Positions 1 to 12,800 of a stretch of 64,000 nucleotides of DNA are shown piece after piece; position 1 is the stretch's first letter; each line of letters starts with the position of its first letter. Source of the DNA: Amoebidium appalachense (Eukaryota > Protista > Ichthyosporea); the NCBI GenBank assembly GCA_963693365.1, contig CAVNZM010000001.1, forward strand, positions 10,442,161 to 10,506,160, read 5' to 3'. Below the pieces are notes generated by a model that saw nothing but the letters and a program-made list of their open reading frames with translations, was not told the origin of the DNA and made no database searches. Position numbers and translations under genes: made by a program.

Positions 1-282
1 GATAAGACATTGGAGCCGTGAGTGACGGCCATGTTGTTTAAGCCGAATCGATCTGTATGATTCGCCGATAAACGCCGCGTCATTAGAGCACATGTACCAA
101 GTATTTCGTTGTAGTCGATCAGGGGTTTACACACTTTTTATTGCGTGGACACTGCCGGAGGCCCAGCCACATTCGACGGCCTACTGCGTTTTCCAGCACA
201 GCCAATCAAATGCAGCCAGTGACATATGTACATGCTAGGCAACAATGAGCGCCATCGTAGCATATGACACCCCTATTACATA

Positions 283-924
283 TTATGGGTAAGCAGAGGC
301 TAGCATCGGTAGCTCCGAAAGAAAGTTAAGGCACCGGATCACAATATCATACTGTGCAGCATTAATAAGATGATCTAGGATAGTCATCTTAAAACGGATA
401 TATTGAGGAAGAGAGGAAGAAAAGAGAATAAAACCGCCAATAACCTCCGGTTCTAATACGTTAGCTAACAGGTTGCACTTATTGATAGATATGCAGCCGC
501 GAGTAAACCGCCCCCCACACATATCACACATACGAGCAGGAGACACCAGAAACCGATTACACCGCCAATCCATAATCATCTTTGCGTCTTTACACCACAC
601 CACATTACGAATAAACGAATCTATGTATGAACGAGACTCTCTAACCGTATCCGCCATATAGGCTACTAGTAGTTGGTGTTTTTGCGGTCCTAACACCGGA
701 AGGGACTCAACACGTAGAGTAAAAAGATATCTATCAGCCATAGACTTGAAACTATTCATATTCACACTATGATCTAGTAGCCGTACCTCCGGTGGGGTCG
801 CCAGCCATTCCACATAACGCTCGGCAATGGGCAGAGACGATGGGGAAGGGAAGAGGTAGAGGGGCGAGTCCGGCGGGCATGCGTGTAGCCGGAAGAGCGG
901 GTGGTCCGGGGCACAAGCAGACAA
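283..924 (-). pseudogene. C-terminal part of the LINE ORF whose RT lies at 29101-30600
   Basis: Joining 28750 to 924 gives ...LYALTLPSQRLHELAHKFHEHIS / LSACAPDHPLFRL..., with a 1-nt frame offset. Contains a CxxC pair (CDMC). Confidence 0.65.
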
Positions 925-1319
925 GGTTTTATTTGTGGAGTTTTATTGACATAAATATTTTTCTGGGTAAACACGTAGGATGGGTGTCCGATATCAACAT
1001 AACCACTGGCATGTAGGCTTCGTTTCGTGTTTTAGCAGCTCGCGTTCGGCTGCCCGCATACGGGCACCTATTAGCCGATCAAAACATCAGATTCCACAGA
1101 TCACTAGACCGAGTTTTGGTTGGCTCAAGATCAGATTTCAACATAACACTAGATCAATTTTGATTGGCTCAGATCGGGAGCCTTAGGTATATAAGCACGA
1201 CAGTTTTTAGCAGATCAGCAAGCAACAGACACATCTTCTGTGTTTGGCACCTACAGCTTTACAGCTATATTTTCTTTTCACCCACCCACCCACACCCAAC
1301 ACTCAACCCCCATTGATCC
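925..1319 (+). mobile_element. Left part of a solo A-C-B terminal unit of the YR element (A repeat plus first 40 bp of C)
   Basis: Starts GGTTTTATTTGTGG like every copy, matches A2+C at 15732-16107 and stops at CATTGATCC. Confidence 0.92.
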
Positions 1320-1412
1320 GGGGGGGGCACTAGAGATATCTTCACTCAGCCCCCTCTCTCCTCTACTTCCCAGATTATTAACCCAGCTTCGAACTGCTAA
1401 TTATTAACCCAG

Positions 1413-1574
1413 ATGTTGTACGAAGAATGTGATGTTTACTCCTAAGAACATTAATCCGAAGTGTAAGTAACCTAATTTTTCACTAATTGTACTTCCTGTC
1501 ATTACACCACATCAATGGTAAATACCCATGAATACAGCAAATACTGCACCCATTGAAAGTACATAATGGAAATG
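1413..1574 (-). CDS. cox1: cox1 exon 15 (HFHYVLSMGAVF...NITFFVQH), truncated
   Basis: Heme-ligand HFHYVLSMGAVF motif; the preceding intron ends in G at 1575. Confidence 0.95.
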
Positions 1575-2083
1575 CTAGTGCACTAAATTTTTAATGAAAC
1601 TTGCGCATCATTCAATTCATACACTATGGACTATGTCTTCATCTCATTTGAAAAGATGGTTGGCGTGTAGTCTCTGAGAATTCTACTAATAGATGTTTCA
1701 TCTACTTTGGTGTTCTGCTAATTGTACCTCATGTACATCATTGTTACTCCTATCAAACACGTAGTTAGCTTGCGTCCGGCACTTTAACTATTATAGGGCC
1801 TGTTACCACATCTGAACCACGATAGCTACCAATTCAAACTAGAGTCTCAATTGAGTCCCCGCTCGTTTTGTACTCTGTCGTTAAGACCAATAGTCAGCCC
1901 TTTTTAAATTAAAGAGGGCCTTTTAATTTTTAATAGCCTGCTCTTGCCATGAGACTGCAAGTTAAAATAGTACTAATTTTACAAAGATAAGAGTAGATGA
2001 CATTATGCATCCCTAATTGCACCGGTAGTTTCTAGCATATAGCCAACTGCAATGTAAAAGTCATCTCTTACAAGGCCCAATTG
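1575..2083 (-). ncRNA. ORF-less group I intron (cox1-1125)
   Basis: Core motifs GCTATATGCTAGAAAC, TCAGAGACTACA and AAGACATAGTCC; exon U / terminal G rule is met. Confidence 0.85.
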
Positions 2084-2101
2084 AGCTACTACGTAATAAC
2101 T
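2084..2101 (-). CDS. cox1: cox1 exon 14 (18 nt, SYYVVA)
   Basis: Fills the gap between ALHD (12800) and HFHY exactly. Confidence 0.92.
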
Positions 2102-2329
2102 CAAGTAACTCATCTCACGATGAGAATCGGACTATAACTTCTTACTATTAATAGATGTATCCTTAATAATAAGTATCGCATTTAGTCTCTACGGATCCTA
2201 CTAGCAGAAACATAAAAGTTGGAGTCTGCGTTGGTTTCCACGGTATTCTCTTATCTACTACAAATTTATTAAGCCCTTAGTTAATAAAGTAGAAAGACTT
2301 TACCGTTACAGCGATAAGACATCACGACA

Positions 2330-2978
2330 CTATTTGATAGTATTAGCTCATACTTTATAGGAAACAAGTTTGTTACCTAATAAAGGGTATTTAGAGAAAT
2401 GTAGGCTGATAAGAGAGAGACATTTATAACCAGAGATAGAAATTCTATAGTGCGTTGCTTTACTACGTGTATCCTTATGAATACCTATTTTATGATGAGA
2501 TTGGAAATAGGTTTGAATAGCTTTAAGAATATAATAATCATCGTTTTGGGATATGTAGAAAGAATTAGCTTTGTTGTTACGAACTCGGAAACAACATTCA
2601 GCTTCAGCAAACCCAGAAAATCAAGCACTAAAATAAGCGGGTAGCACAAAATCTTTATTAAAGGCAGTAATAATATCTACTTGTGTACTATATTTCTTAT
2701 CTCTAGTCTGCATATGATAATCTCATGTAGAGTTCTCTAAACATTGGAGAAGGTGTTGGAGTTGACAAATTTTATGGCTAGTTAATAAAGGATACTTACG
2801 TAGAATAGTGAGACAACGGTTACCATCCTTAGCTGAAACCATAATTAATTTAACTTTAATAATTATCTTATTTTTCTTCTCATAATAAATTCTACCTCCA
2901 ATATGTTTAGATAATAATGAGAGCATTTCAACATTATGGGGTAAAAATTCTAAAGAGATTTCAAATGATGCGTAAACT
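2330..2978 (-). CDS. LAGLIDADG endonuclease of intron cox1-1107, distal part (proximal part is 12801-12896, +)
   Basis: [29 protein letters not shown] is continuous across the 12896/2978 join. Second motif is WFSGFAEAECCF (TGA=W). Confidence 0.9.
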
Positions 2979-3652
2979 TCTATGAAAACTACTCCGGGAC
3001 GTGTGTTGCCTCTAGGGGGACATCCCCTTGGACGAAAGTGAACCTGCAATGGTTGTAAACCACGGCAAGCCCCCAGTCATCAATTTATTGATCCGTGAGG
3101 TCCTTGTGCCCAAAAAACGGGGGAAGTCTTCGCCCCGTGAAAAAACAGCACGTATGTGGGGATCAATGGGGGTTGAGTGTAGGGTGTAGGTGGGTGGCTG
3201 AAAAAGAAAATATAGCTGTAAAGCTGTAGGTGCTAAACACAGAGGATGTGTTGTTGCTTGCTGATCTGCTAAAAACTGTCGTGCTTATATACCTAAGGCT
3301 GCCGAACTGAGCCAATCAAAACCGATCTAGTGTTATGTGAAATCTTATCCTGAGCCAATCAAACTCGGTCTAGTGATCTGTGGAATCTGATGCTTTGATC
3401 GGCTAATAGGTGCCCGTATGCGGGCAGCCGAACGCGAACTGCTAAAACATGAAACGAAGCCTGTTGATATCGGACACCCATCCTACGTGTTTACCCAGAA
3501 AAATATTTATGTCAATAATTTCCACAAATAAAACCTCTATGAAAACTACTCCGGGACGTGTGTTGCCTCTAGGGGGACATCCCCTTGGACGAAAGTGAAC
3601 CTGCAATGGTTGTAAACCACGGCACGAGAGCAGTATGCTTGCTCCAAAGGTT

Positions 3653-4642
3653 TCACTTAAGAATAGAGGCGAATACACGTGTGGTAGTGGCAGCAATGGA
3701 GGCCGGACGAAGTCGGGTATAGATCAGGAAACAGTCGGAGGGCCACCTGCCGAGTTGTTTGATCCGGGAGTCGTCGACCCCGGCCTCAGCCAGTGCTGTG
3801 GGCCCCCCGATGCGGAGGCTGTGTCCGGCAAACCGGGAGGGTGAGAGGCCTGCCCGGGAGAGGAGGGCACGGAAGTCGGCAGAGAAAGCACTCTTGGTGT
3901 AGGGGATGCCACCGAGACTGAAGAGGGGGTCGTTGGGTTGACCGGACGTTGTATCCAGGAACTGCCGGAGGAGATGGGCTGGGGAGAAGTGGGTGAGGGG
4001 CAGGGCAGCTAGAGTGACGTTGACACCTCGGGCCTGTACATCCGTCTTAGAGGTTGGCAGGTGGAGGGTGGCATGGGACAAAGTACCGGTGGGGGTGTAG
4101 GTGAAGGTCACGTCTTTCCGTTTAACGTGACGGGACGGGTCAAAGGAAGTCAGGGTTTTGGAGGTAAATTCCCCCGAACGGAGGAGACCACAGAAACCGA
4201 CGATGAGGGCCGTCCATAGCCGTAGATTAGCCGAGGAGGCCTTGGTGGGGCACTGGCCATGGAGTAGGCTAAGGTGGGAGGGCAGGAGGGGCTCCCTGGT
4301 GGATGATCGGGGTCGGATGTTGTGAGAAAGCTGCCATCTGCCCACCCCTCGGAAGAACCAGGCCAGAGACTTGTCGTGGGGGTAGGGAGCAGGGAGGCCC
4401 ATGTCGAGGTGGAGTCTGGTGATGGCTGAATTGTAGCCGGCCAAGGAAGAGGCCTGTACCCCTCGTTGGGCACACCAGGCGAGAAAAAGCTGCACGGTGT
4501 GGGGGGAGGCCGGGAGGGAGGACCCGGCGGAGGATTGCAGCCGAGATGCCACACAAAAATCGATGAACACTTTTTTTTTTTTTTTTTTTGTACCCTGGAG
4601 TAAAAGGCCCGAGAGTCGAGGTTGAGACTCAGGGCCTGGCAT
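3653..4642 (-). CDS. Tyrosine recombinase (copy 1)
   Basis: Catalytic set LLRSGEF (R), SKTD (K), GHSLRIG (HxxR), LGRW (W), FLIYTR (Y). Confidence 0.93.
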   Translation of the reverse strand: MPGPESQPRLSGLLLQGTKKKKKKVFIDFCVASRLQSSAGSSLPASPHTVQLFLAWCAQRGVQASSLAGYNSAITRLHLDMGLPAPYPHDKSLAWFFRGVGRWQLSHNIRPRSSTREPLLPSHLSLLHGQCPTKASSANLRLWTALIVGFCGLLRSGEFTSKTLTSFDPSRHVKRKDVTFTYTPTGTLSHATLHLPTSKTDVQARGVNVTLAALPLTHFSPAHLLRQFLDTTSGQPNDPLFSLGGIPYTKSAFSADFRALLSRAGLSPSRFAGHSLRIGGPTALAEAGVDDSRIKQLGRWPSDCFLIYTRLRPASIAATTTRVFASILK

Positions 4643-5023
4643 TCCTGCAGGGTAGTGGTGGCACGAAGCAGCTCGGCCGGAGCAAAGTGGGGGGCCAATC
4701 GGCCAGCGTTGCTCCGGAAGGGGAGATCTGGGGGGGGGGGGGGGGGGGGGGGGGGTGAGCCCAGGGGAAGGGATAGGAACTTGTGGACCCAGAAGGGGAA
4801 GGGGCAGGGCTCCGGTTGCAGGTAAGGTCGGAGTCGTCGGGTCCGGGGAAGTTGGTTACGGAGGAGCTGCGCGGCGAATGATTGGGCTGGGTAGGGGGGC
4901 CAGCAGCTCCCAGAGGCGGGAGGTGTCAACGTGGTGCTGGGGCAGCGGGCGGGCCACCGGGGCTGAGCCTCGGGGGAAGGGGTGGTTAGCAAGGGTGGGG
5001 CACCCTCGGGGAGATCCCGGCAT

Positions 5024-5078
<55 letters not shown>

Positions 5079-5459
5079 CAGGGCCCCGGGGGGTTAGAGT
5101 AGGGCAGCTGGGCCCGAGGGAGGGTTTGCAGGGAGGGCAGCGGGGCCCTGTGCAGGGGATGCCCGAGCACGCGCGGGTGTGGGCGTACACAGAGTTAGAA
5201 GAAGGGGAGGGAGCGCTAGGTGAGTGTAAGGGGGGGAGGCTCGTGGGATGGGGGGGGGGAGTAAATTTATGTGCAGTGGCCAGAATAACGTCTTTGTGTA
5301 GGGACATTTATTCTTGGCGCGCGCGGGCGCCGTAGTTGGCCTGCGAAAAATGTTACTCAGCCCTAGTGCCCCGTTTTTCCCGAGCTCCGTGTCCTTGGAC
5401 CCGTGTAACCTAGCTCCTAGCCCCTATGTTCTATCTGTGGGTGTGGGTGTGCGCGTAGA

Positions 5460-6020
5460 CTAGGCATTGTGCTTGCAGTCTTTGCGGGGGTGTGTGCCAG
5501 AGCAGAGCGGGCACACGTGGGAGAAGGGGCAGGGCTGCTTAGCGCAGGACCGACCGTTGTGGAAATTCCTGCAGTGTGTTGCGGGTAGATCCACGGGTCG
5601 GGCCGGTGGTGCCGGGCCGGGTTGCGGGCCGGGTCGGTTGGGGGGTTGTCCCCCGCCGGGCTTGTGGGGGGGCTCGAAACCATCAAGACCACAGCCGGGC
5701 TTGGGGTACATGGGGCAGGCCGCGCTGGGGTGGTCGGGGAAGCCGCAACGCTGACATGCGTCCGGGATGAGCAGAGTGGGTGGCAGGAGGAGATCCTGGT
5801 GGAGTTGGGCGAGCAGGTTGGGACACTCGATCGGAGCCCGACCCTGTTGGTGGGCAACGGTTCGGGCGTATACGTCATAGTTGTGGATCTGGGTCCACGG
5901 GTATCGGGTGCTGAGGCGAGTGATGGCGTTGGTCAGCCTGTGGCGGAGGTCGCTGCGGGTTAGGCGCTTAGGTGCCGCGGTAGGGGCGGCGGCTGAGGCC
6001 TGGCGCTTTTTCGGCGGCAT
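5460..6020 (-). CDS. Short gag-like zinc-finger protein (186 aa)
   Basis: ITRLSTRYPW...YDVYAR block, CCHC knuckle CQRCGFPDHPSAAC and CRNFHNGRSC..CPFSHVCPLCSGTHPRKDC finger, typical of DIRS/Ngaro ORF1 C-termini. Basic N-terminus PPKKR. Confidence 0.82.
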   Translation of the reverse strand: MPPKKRQASAAAPTAAPKRLTRSDLRHRLTNAITRLSTRYPWTQIHNYDVYARTVAHQQGRAPIECPNLLAQLHQDLLLPPTLLIPDACQRCGFPDHPSAACPMYPKPGCGLDGFEPPHKPGGGQPPNRPGPQPGPAPPARPVDLPATHCRNFHNGRSCAKQPCPFSHVCPLCSGTHPRKDCKHNA

Positions 6021-6499
6021 GCTGACCGGCGTAGGGAAAGATAGGGAGAAGAAAAGAAAAAGAAAATATAGCTGTAAAGCTGTAGGTGCTAAACACAGAG
6101 GATGTGTTGTTGCTTGCTGATCTGCTAAAAACTGTCGTGCTTATATACCTAAGGCTGCCGAACTGAGCCAATCAAAACCGATCTAGTGTTATGTGAAATC
6201 TTATCCTGAGCCAATCAAACTCGGTCTAGTGATCTGTGGAATCTGATGCTTTGATCGGCTAATAGGTGCCCGTATGCGGGCAGCCGAACGCGAACTGCTA
6301 AAACATGAAACGAAGCCTGTTGATATCGGACACCCATCCTACGTGTTTACCCAGAAAAATATTTATGTCAATAATTTCCACAAATAAAACCAAAACCACA
6401 TTTTGGTTTAGTAATAATCTTAAGGATGTTACAATGAACAATAAGCAGGAAACCAACGGTTATAATTCTAATCTATTAGGATCCTCAGAGATCACATGC

Positions 6500-7135
6500 G
6501 AGAAGTATTTCATTAATGAAGTATTAAGATATGATCCACATTTATGTAATAAAGAACTTCAAAGAAGCACACATACTTCTAGTTCTACACTGGATCCTTG
6601 GTGAATAACAGGATTTTCGGATGCTGAAGGGTGTTTTTCTGTTATCATTGAAATATTGGGGCCTTCTAAATGAAGAGTTAGAGTATCTTTTGAAATTAAC
6701 TTACATATAATGGACGAAGAAATTTTAAATAAAATTAAAAAGTTTTTTAATGTAGGTAATGTGTATCCAAGAAAGAATAGACGAATATCTGTGTATCGTG
6801 TCACTAATGTTAAATCCCTAGAAACCGTAATAATACCACATTTTATTAAATATCCACTTAAAAGTCAAAAAGCTAGTGATTTTTTATTATGAGTTCAAGT
6901 AATTAAAATTATTAGTAATCATCAACATTTAACTACACAGGGATTTAATTCTATTCTTTCTGTATATGCATCTATTAATAGAGGTATATCTAACAAAGTA
7001 GCTTTACATTACCCTAATATGCAACCGGTTGAGAGACCTAAAGTTTCTTTACCAAAGTGTTTAAACCCTCACTGAGTTTCAGGATTTGTTGCAGGAGATG
7101 GTGGGTTTTCCATGTATGTTAGATCTTTTAAGGGT
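6500..7135 (+). CDS. LAGLIDADG endonuclease of intron cox1-821, N-terminal part (start approximate)
   Basis: WITGFSDAEGCF and WVSGFVAGDGGF motifs; continues in frame at 10521 (RSFKG|YILGEK). Confidence 0.9.
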
Positions 7136-9177
7136 TCTATGAAAACTACTCCGGGACGTGTGTTGCCTCTAGGGGGACATCCCCTTGGACGAAAGTGAAC
7201 CTGCAATGGTTGTAAACCACGGCAAGCCCCCAGTCATCAATTTATTGATCCGTGAGGTCCTTGTGCCCAAAAAACGGGGGAAGTCTTCGCCCCGTGAAAA
7301 AACAGCACGTATGTGGGGATCAATGGGGGTTGAGTGTAGGGTGTAGGTGGGTGGGTGAAAAAGAAAATATAGCTGTAAAGCTGTAGGTGCTAAACACAGA
7401 GGATGTGTTGTTGCTTGCTGATCTGCTAAAAACTGTCGTGCTTATATACCTAAGGCCGCCGAACTGAGCCAATCAAAACCGATCTAGTGTTATGTGAAAT
7501 CTTATCCTGAGCCAATCAAACTCGGTCTAGTGATCTGTGGAATCTGATGCTTTGATCGGCTAATAGGTGCCCGTATGCGGGCAGCCGAACGCGAACTGCT
7601 AAAACATGAAACGAAGCCTGTTGATATCGGACACCCATCCTACGTGTTTACCCAGAAAAATATTTATGTCAATAATTTCCACAAATAAAACCTCTATGAA
7701 AACTACTCCGGGACGTGTGTTGCCTCTAGGGGGACATCCCCTTGGACGAAAGTGAACCTGCAATGGTTGTAAACCACGGCACGAGAGCAGTATGCTTGCT
7801 CCAAAGGTTTCACTTAAGAATAGAGGCGAATACACGTGTGGTAGTGGCAGCAATGGAGGCCGGACGAAGTCGGGTATAGATCAGGAAACAGTCGGAGGAC
7901 CACCTGCCGAGTTGTTTGATCCGGGAGTCGTCGACCCCGGCCTCAGCCAGTGCTGTGGGCCCCCCGATGCGGAGGCTGTGTCCGGCAAACCGGGAGGGTG
8001 AGAGGCCTGCCCGGGAGAGGAGGGCACGGAAGTCGGCAGAGAAAGCACTCTTGGTGTAGGGGATGCCACCGAGACTGAAGAGGGGGTCGTTGGGTTGACC
8101 GGACGTTGTATCCAGGAACTGCCGGAGGAGATGGGCTGGGGAGAAGTGGGTGAGGGGCAGGGCAGCTAGAGTGACGTTGACACCTCGGGCCTGTACATCC
8201 GTCTTAGAGGTTGGCAGGTGGAGGGTGGCATGGGACAAAGTACCGGTGGGGGTGTAGGTGAAGGTCATGTCTTTCCGTTTAACGTGACGGGACGGGTCAA
8301 AGGAAGTCAGGGTTTTGGAGGTAAATTCCCCCGAACGGAGGAGACCACAGAAACCGACGATGAGGGCCGTCCATAGCCGTAGATTAGCCGAGGAGGCCTT
8401 GGTGGGGCACTGGCCATGGAGTAGGCTAAGGTGGGAGGGCAGGAGGGGCTCCCTGGTGGATGATCGGGGTCGGATGTTGTGAGAAAGCTGCCATCTGCCC
8501 ACCCCTCGGAAGAACCAGGCCAGAGACTTGTCGTGGGGGTAGGGAGCAGGGAGGCCCATGTCGAGGTGGAGTCTGGTGATGGCTGAATTGTAGCCGGCCA
8601 AGGAAGAGGCCTGTACCCCTCGTTGGGCACACCAGGCGAGAAAAAGCTGCACGGTGTGGGGGGAGGCCGGGAGGGAGGACCCGGCGGAGGATTGCAGCCG
8701 AGATGCCACACAAAAATCGATGAACACTTTTTTTTTTTTTTTTTTTTTGTACCCTGGAGTAAAAGGCCCGAGAGTCGAGGTTGAGACTCAGGGCCTGGCA
8801 TTCCTGCAGGGTAGTGGTGGCACGAAGCAGCTCGGCCGGAGCAAAGTGGGGGGCCAATCGGCCAGCGTTGCTCCGGAAGGGGAGATCTGGGGGGGGGGGG
8901 GGGGGGGGTGAGCCCAGGGGAAGGGATAGGAACTTGTGGACCCAGAAGGGGAAGGGGCAGGGCTCCGGTTGCAGGTAAGGTCGGAGTCGTCGGGTCCGGG
9001 GAAGTTGGTTACGGAGGAGCTGCGCGGCGAATGATTGGGCTGGGTAGGGGGGCCAGCAGCTCCCAGAGGCGGGAGGTGTCAACGTGGTGCTGGGGCAGCG
9101 GGCGGGCCACCGGGGCTGAGCCTCGGGGGAAGGGGTGGTTAGCAAGGGTGGGGCACCCTCGGGGAGATCCCGGCATC

Positions 9178-9208
<31 letters not shown>

Positions 9209-10520
9209 CAGGGCCCCGGGGGGTTAGAGTAGGGCAGCTGGGCCCGAGGGAGGGTTTGCAGGGAGGGCAGCGGGGCCCTGTGCAGGGGATGCCCGAGCAC
9301 GCGCGGGTGTGGGCGTACACAGAGTTAGAAGAAGGGAGGGAGCGCTAGGTGAGTGTAAGGGGGGGAGGCTCGTGGGATGGGGGGGGGGAGTAAATTTATG
9401 TGCAGTGGCCAGAATAACGTCTTTGTGTAGGGACATTTATTCTTGGCGCGCGCGGGCGCCGTAGTTGGCCTGCGAAAAATGTTACTCAGCCCTAGTGCCC
9501 CGTTTTTCCCGAGCTCCGTGTCCTTGGACCCGTGTAACCTAGCTCCTAGCCCCTATGTTCTATCTGTGGGTGTGGGTGTGCGCGTAGACTAGGCATTGTG
9601 CTTGCAGTCTTTGCGGGGGTGTGTGCCAGAGCAGAGCGGGCACACGTGGGAGAAGGGGCAGGGCTGCTTAGCGCAGGACCGACCGTTGTGGAAATTCCTG
9701 CAGTGTGTTGCGGGTAGATCCACGGGTCGGGCCGGTGGTGCCGGGCCGGGTTGCGGGCCGGGTCGGTTGGGGGGTTGTCCCCCGCCGGGCTTGTGGGGGG
9801 GCTCGAAACCATCAAGACCACAGCCGGGCTTGGGGTACATGGGGCAGGCCGCGCTGGGGTGGTCGGGGGAAGCCGCAACGCTGACATGCGTCCGGGATGA
9901 GCAGAGTGGGTGGCAGGAGGAGATCCTGGTGGAGTTGGGCGAGCAGGTTGGGACACTCGATCGGAGCCCGACCCTGTTGGTGGGCAACGGTTCGGGCGTA
10001 TACGTCATAGTTGTGGATCTGGGTCCACGGGTATCGGGTGCTGAGGCGAGTGATGCGTTGGTCAGCCTGTGGCGGAGGTCGCTGCGGGTTAGGCGCTTAG
10101 GTGCCGCGGTAGGGGCGGCGGCTGAGGCCTGGCGCTTTTTCGGCGGCATGCTGACCGGCGTAGGGAAAGATAGGGAGAAGAAAAGAAAAAGAAAATATAG
10201 CTGTAAAGCTGTAGGTGCTAAACACAGAGGATGTGTTGTTGCTTGCTGATCTGCTAAAAACTGTCGTGCTTATATACCTAAGGCTGCCGAACTGAGCCAA
10301 TCAAAACCGATCTAGTGTTATGTGAAATCTTATCCTGAGCCAATCAAACTCGGTCTAGTGATCTGTGGAATCTGATGCTTTGATCGGCTAATAGGTGCCC
10401 GTATGCGGGCAGCCGAACGCGAACTGCTAAAACATGAAACGAAGCCTGTTGATATCGGACACCCATCCTACGTGTTTACCCAGAAAAATATTTATGTCAA
10501 TAATTTCCACAAATAAAACC
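7136..10520 (-). mobile_element. RT-less YR element, copy 2
   Basis: Near-identical to copies 1 and 3. Removing it restores the LAGLIDADG frame with no TSD. Confidence 0.93.
7810..8727 (-). CDS. Tyrosine recombinase (copy 2)
   Basis: Same R-K-HxxR-W-Y motifs as copy 1. Confidence 0.9.
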   Translation of the reverse strand: MFIDFCVASRLQSSAGSSLPASPHTVQLFLAWCAQRGVQASSLAGYNSAITRLHLDMGLPAPYPHDKSLAWFFRGVGRWQLSHNIRPRSSTREPLLPSHLSLLHGQCPTKASSANLRLWTALIVGFCGLLRSGEFTSKTLTSFDPSRHVKRKDMTFTYTPTGTLSHATLHLPTSKTDVQARGVNVTLAALPLTHFSPAHLLRQFLDTTSGQPNDPLFSLGGIPYTKSAFSADFRALLSRAGLSPSRFAGHSLRIGGPTALAEAGVDDSRIKQLGRWSSDCFLIYTRLRPASIAATTTRVFASILK

Positions 10521-10859
10521 TATATTTTAGGTGAAAAAGTAGATTGCAGATTTCATATAGCTCAGCATAGTAAAGATATTGAATTAATGCATTTATTTAT
10601 AAAATTCTTTGCGTGTGGTGATGTCTATTTAAGATCTAATACACCTAGATGTGATTATGTAGTTCAGGATTTCACATCCTTAATACATAAGATTATTCCA
10701 CATTTTAAAAAATACCCTCTTGTTAACTTGAAACAAGAAGATTTTTTATGTTTCAAACAAGGTTTACATTTAATACAAGATCAGCTGCATCTAACTCCAA
10801 AAGGTCTACAACAAATAAAAGATTTAAACTCAGAGATGAATTTAAACCGATTAAAGTAA
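10521..10859 (+). CDS. LAGLIDADG endonuclease of intron cox1-821, C-terminal part
   Basis: FHIAQHSKD...IIPHFKKYPL...HLTPKGLQQIKDLNSEMNLNR is a typical LAGLIDADG tail. Confidence 0.9.
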   Translation, partial: YILGEKVDCRFHIAQHSKDIELMHLFIKFFACGDVYLRSNTPRCDYVVQDFTSLIHKIIPHFKKYPLVNLKQEDFLCFKQGLHLIQDQLHLTPKGLQQIKDLNSEMNLNRLK

Positions 10860-10875
10860 TTATTACATAAATTTG

Positions 10876-11593
<718 letters not shown>

Positions 11594-11638
11594 AATGATT
11601 ATTGCAGTACCAACTGGTATTAAAATCTTCTCTTGGTT
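11594..11638 (+). CDS. cox1: cox1 exon 12 (MIIAVPTGIKIFSWL)
   Basis: Conserved Cox1 helix VIII. Confidence 0.95.
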
Positions 11639-12664
11639 GTCAAAGTCCTTAAGCAAGACTTATTATGCGACCAAATCTAATAGAAATAAACATAAACAGC
11701 TATTAAAAACTAATAGAAATCCTCATGTTTATGATAATTGTAACGATACAAGATTAGCGATATATGGAACGAATTTAGGATTCAGTTTAGGTTACCCAAA
11801 AATTACAAAATATTTAAGATTAGGAATTTTCTGTGCTCAAGGGTTCTTTCCTAAAATAGAAGTCGTTAATGGTAAATCCTATTTACAAACTCAGTTTGTA
11901 ACCAGAGCATTACCGTGTTTTACATATTTACATACACTCTTTTATCCCAAGGGGATTAAAAAGTTCCAACTATCGTATATAATTATTTAACATGGGAAAC
12001 CTTGGCACATTGAATTGCTTGTGACGGTACTTATAGTAGTGGTGTTATTTTACAAACTGAAAGCTTTTCCTTACAGGATAAAATATTGCTTATTCATATG
12101 TTAGTATTAAGATTGGATTTTGAATGTACGATTCAAGAACAAGGGAATAAAAAAAGTAATATATAAAAAAGCTAAATCTATTCAAAAGAATTTGTATAAC
12201 ATTATTCCACACCTGCACAAATCGATGCATTACAAAGTGTTAGGACCTAAAGCCAGATAGGTCTGAGGTTTAAGTATTTCTATTAGTGTATTTCTATTAG
12301 TGACGCGGCAAACTCGAGAGACGTCCTAACTCTAAGAATAAGAATTAGAAAGGACTATCGTCGAACTAAGTGCTCAGGTTAAAGCCTGGGTTGAATGATT
12401 AAGAAATTGGCATTCAAGTACGATACTAAGAGCTGTTCTTTATCGTATCTAAAAGCGTAGAGGCCAGATGCTGCGAATATTCCTAAGGGATAGTACCTTA
12501 TTGTATCCTATGGAATATGAAGGAATGGTCCGGGGCGTTAGTAATAAATGGTACCCTAAACCAGTACCGTATAAGAGTATATAATGGTAAGTAATTTGCA
12601 TATCCCTACTCTTATAAGCCAATAAGGCCAGCCTTATCTGAAATGATAGAAGGCCCGAACCCTG
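11639..12664 (+). ncRNA. Group I intron (cox1-971) with a frameshifted LAGLIDADG-like ORF remnant
   Basis: Broken ORF (TRALPCFTYLHTLFY, LAHWIACDG) at 11640-12260; intron ends in G at 12664. Confidence 0.75.
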
Positions 12665-12800
12665 AGCGACTTTATTCGGTGGAAGCATTCGTCTTACTTC
12701 AGCTATGGTATTTGGTATCGGATTCTTATTCTTATTCACAGTAGGTGGATTAACTGGTATCGCATTAGCTAATGGTGGATTAAACGTGGCCCTTCACGAT
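12665..12800 (+). CDS. cox1: cox1 exon 13 (ATLFGGSI...[22 protein letters not shown])
   Basis: FTVGGLTG and LHD motifs. Confidence 0.95.

Larger units (their letters stand above)
2979..6391 (-). mobile_element. RT-less Ngaro/DIRS-like YR element, copy 1
   Basis: Split direct repeats A1...B1-A2-C-B2; gag-ZnF at 5460-6020 and YR at 3653-4642. Confidence 0.93.

Noticed and set aside
3442-3844. Small ORFs repeated in each element copy (MLPLPHVY, MLAPKVS, MKRSLLIS, MDESEPAM)
   Set aside because: They are read-throughs of terminal repeats or antisense frames, and their ends change with the flanking DNA.
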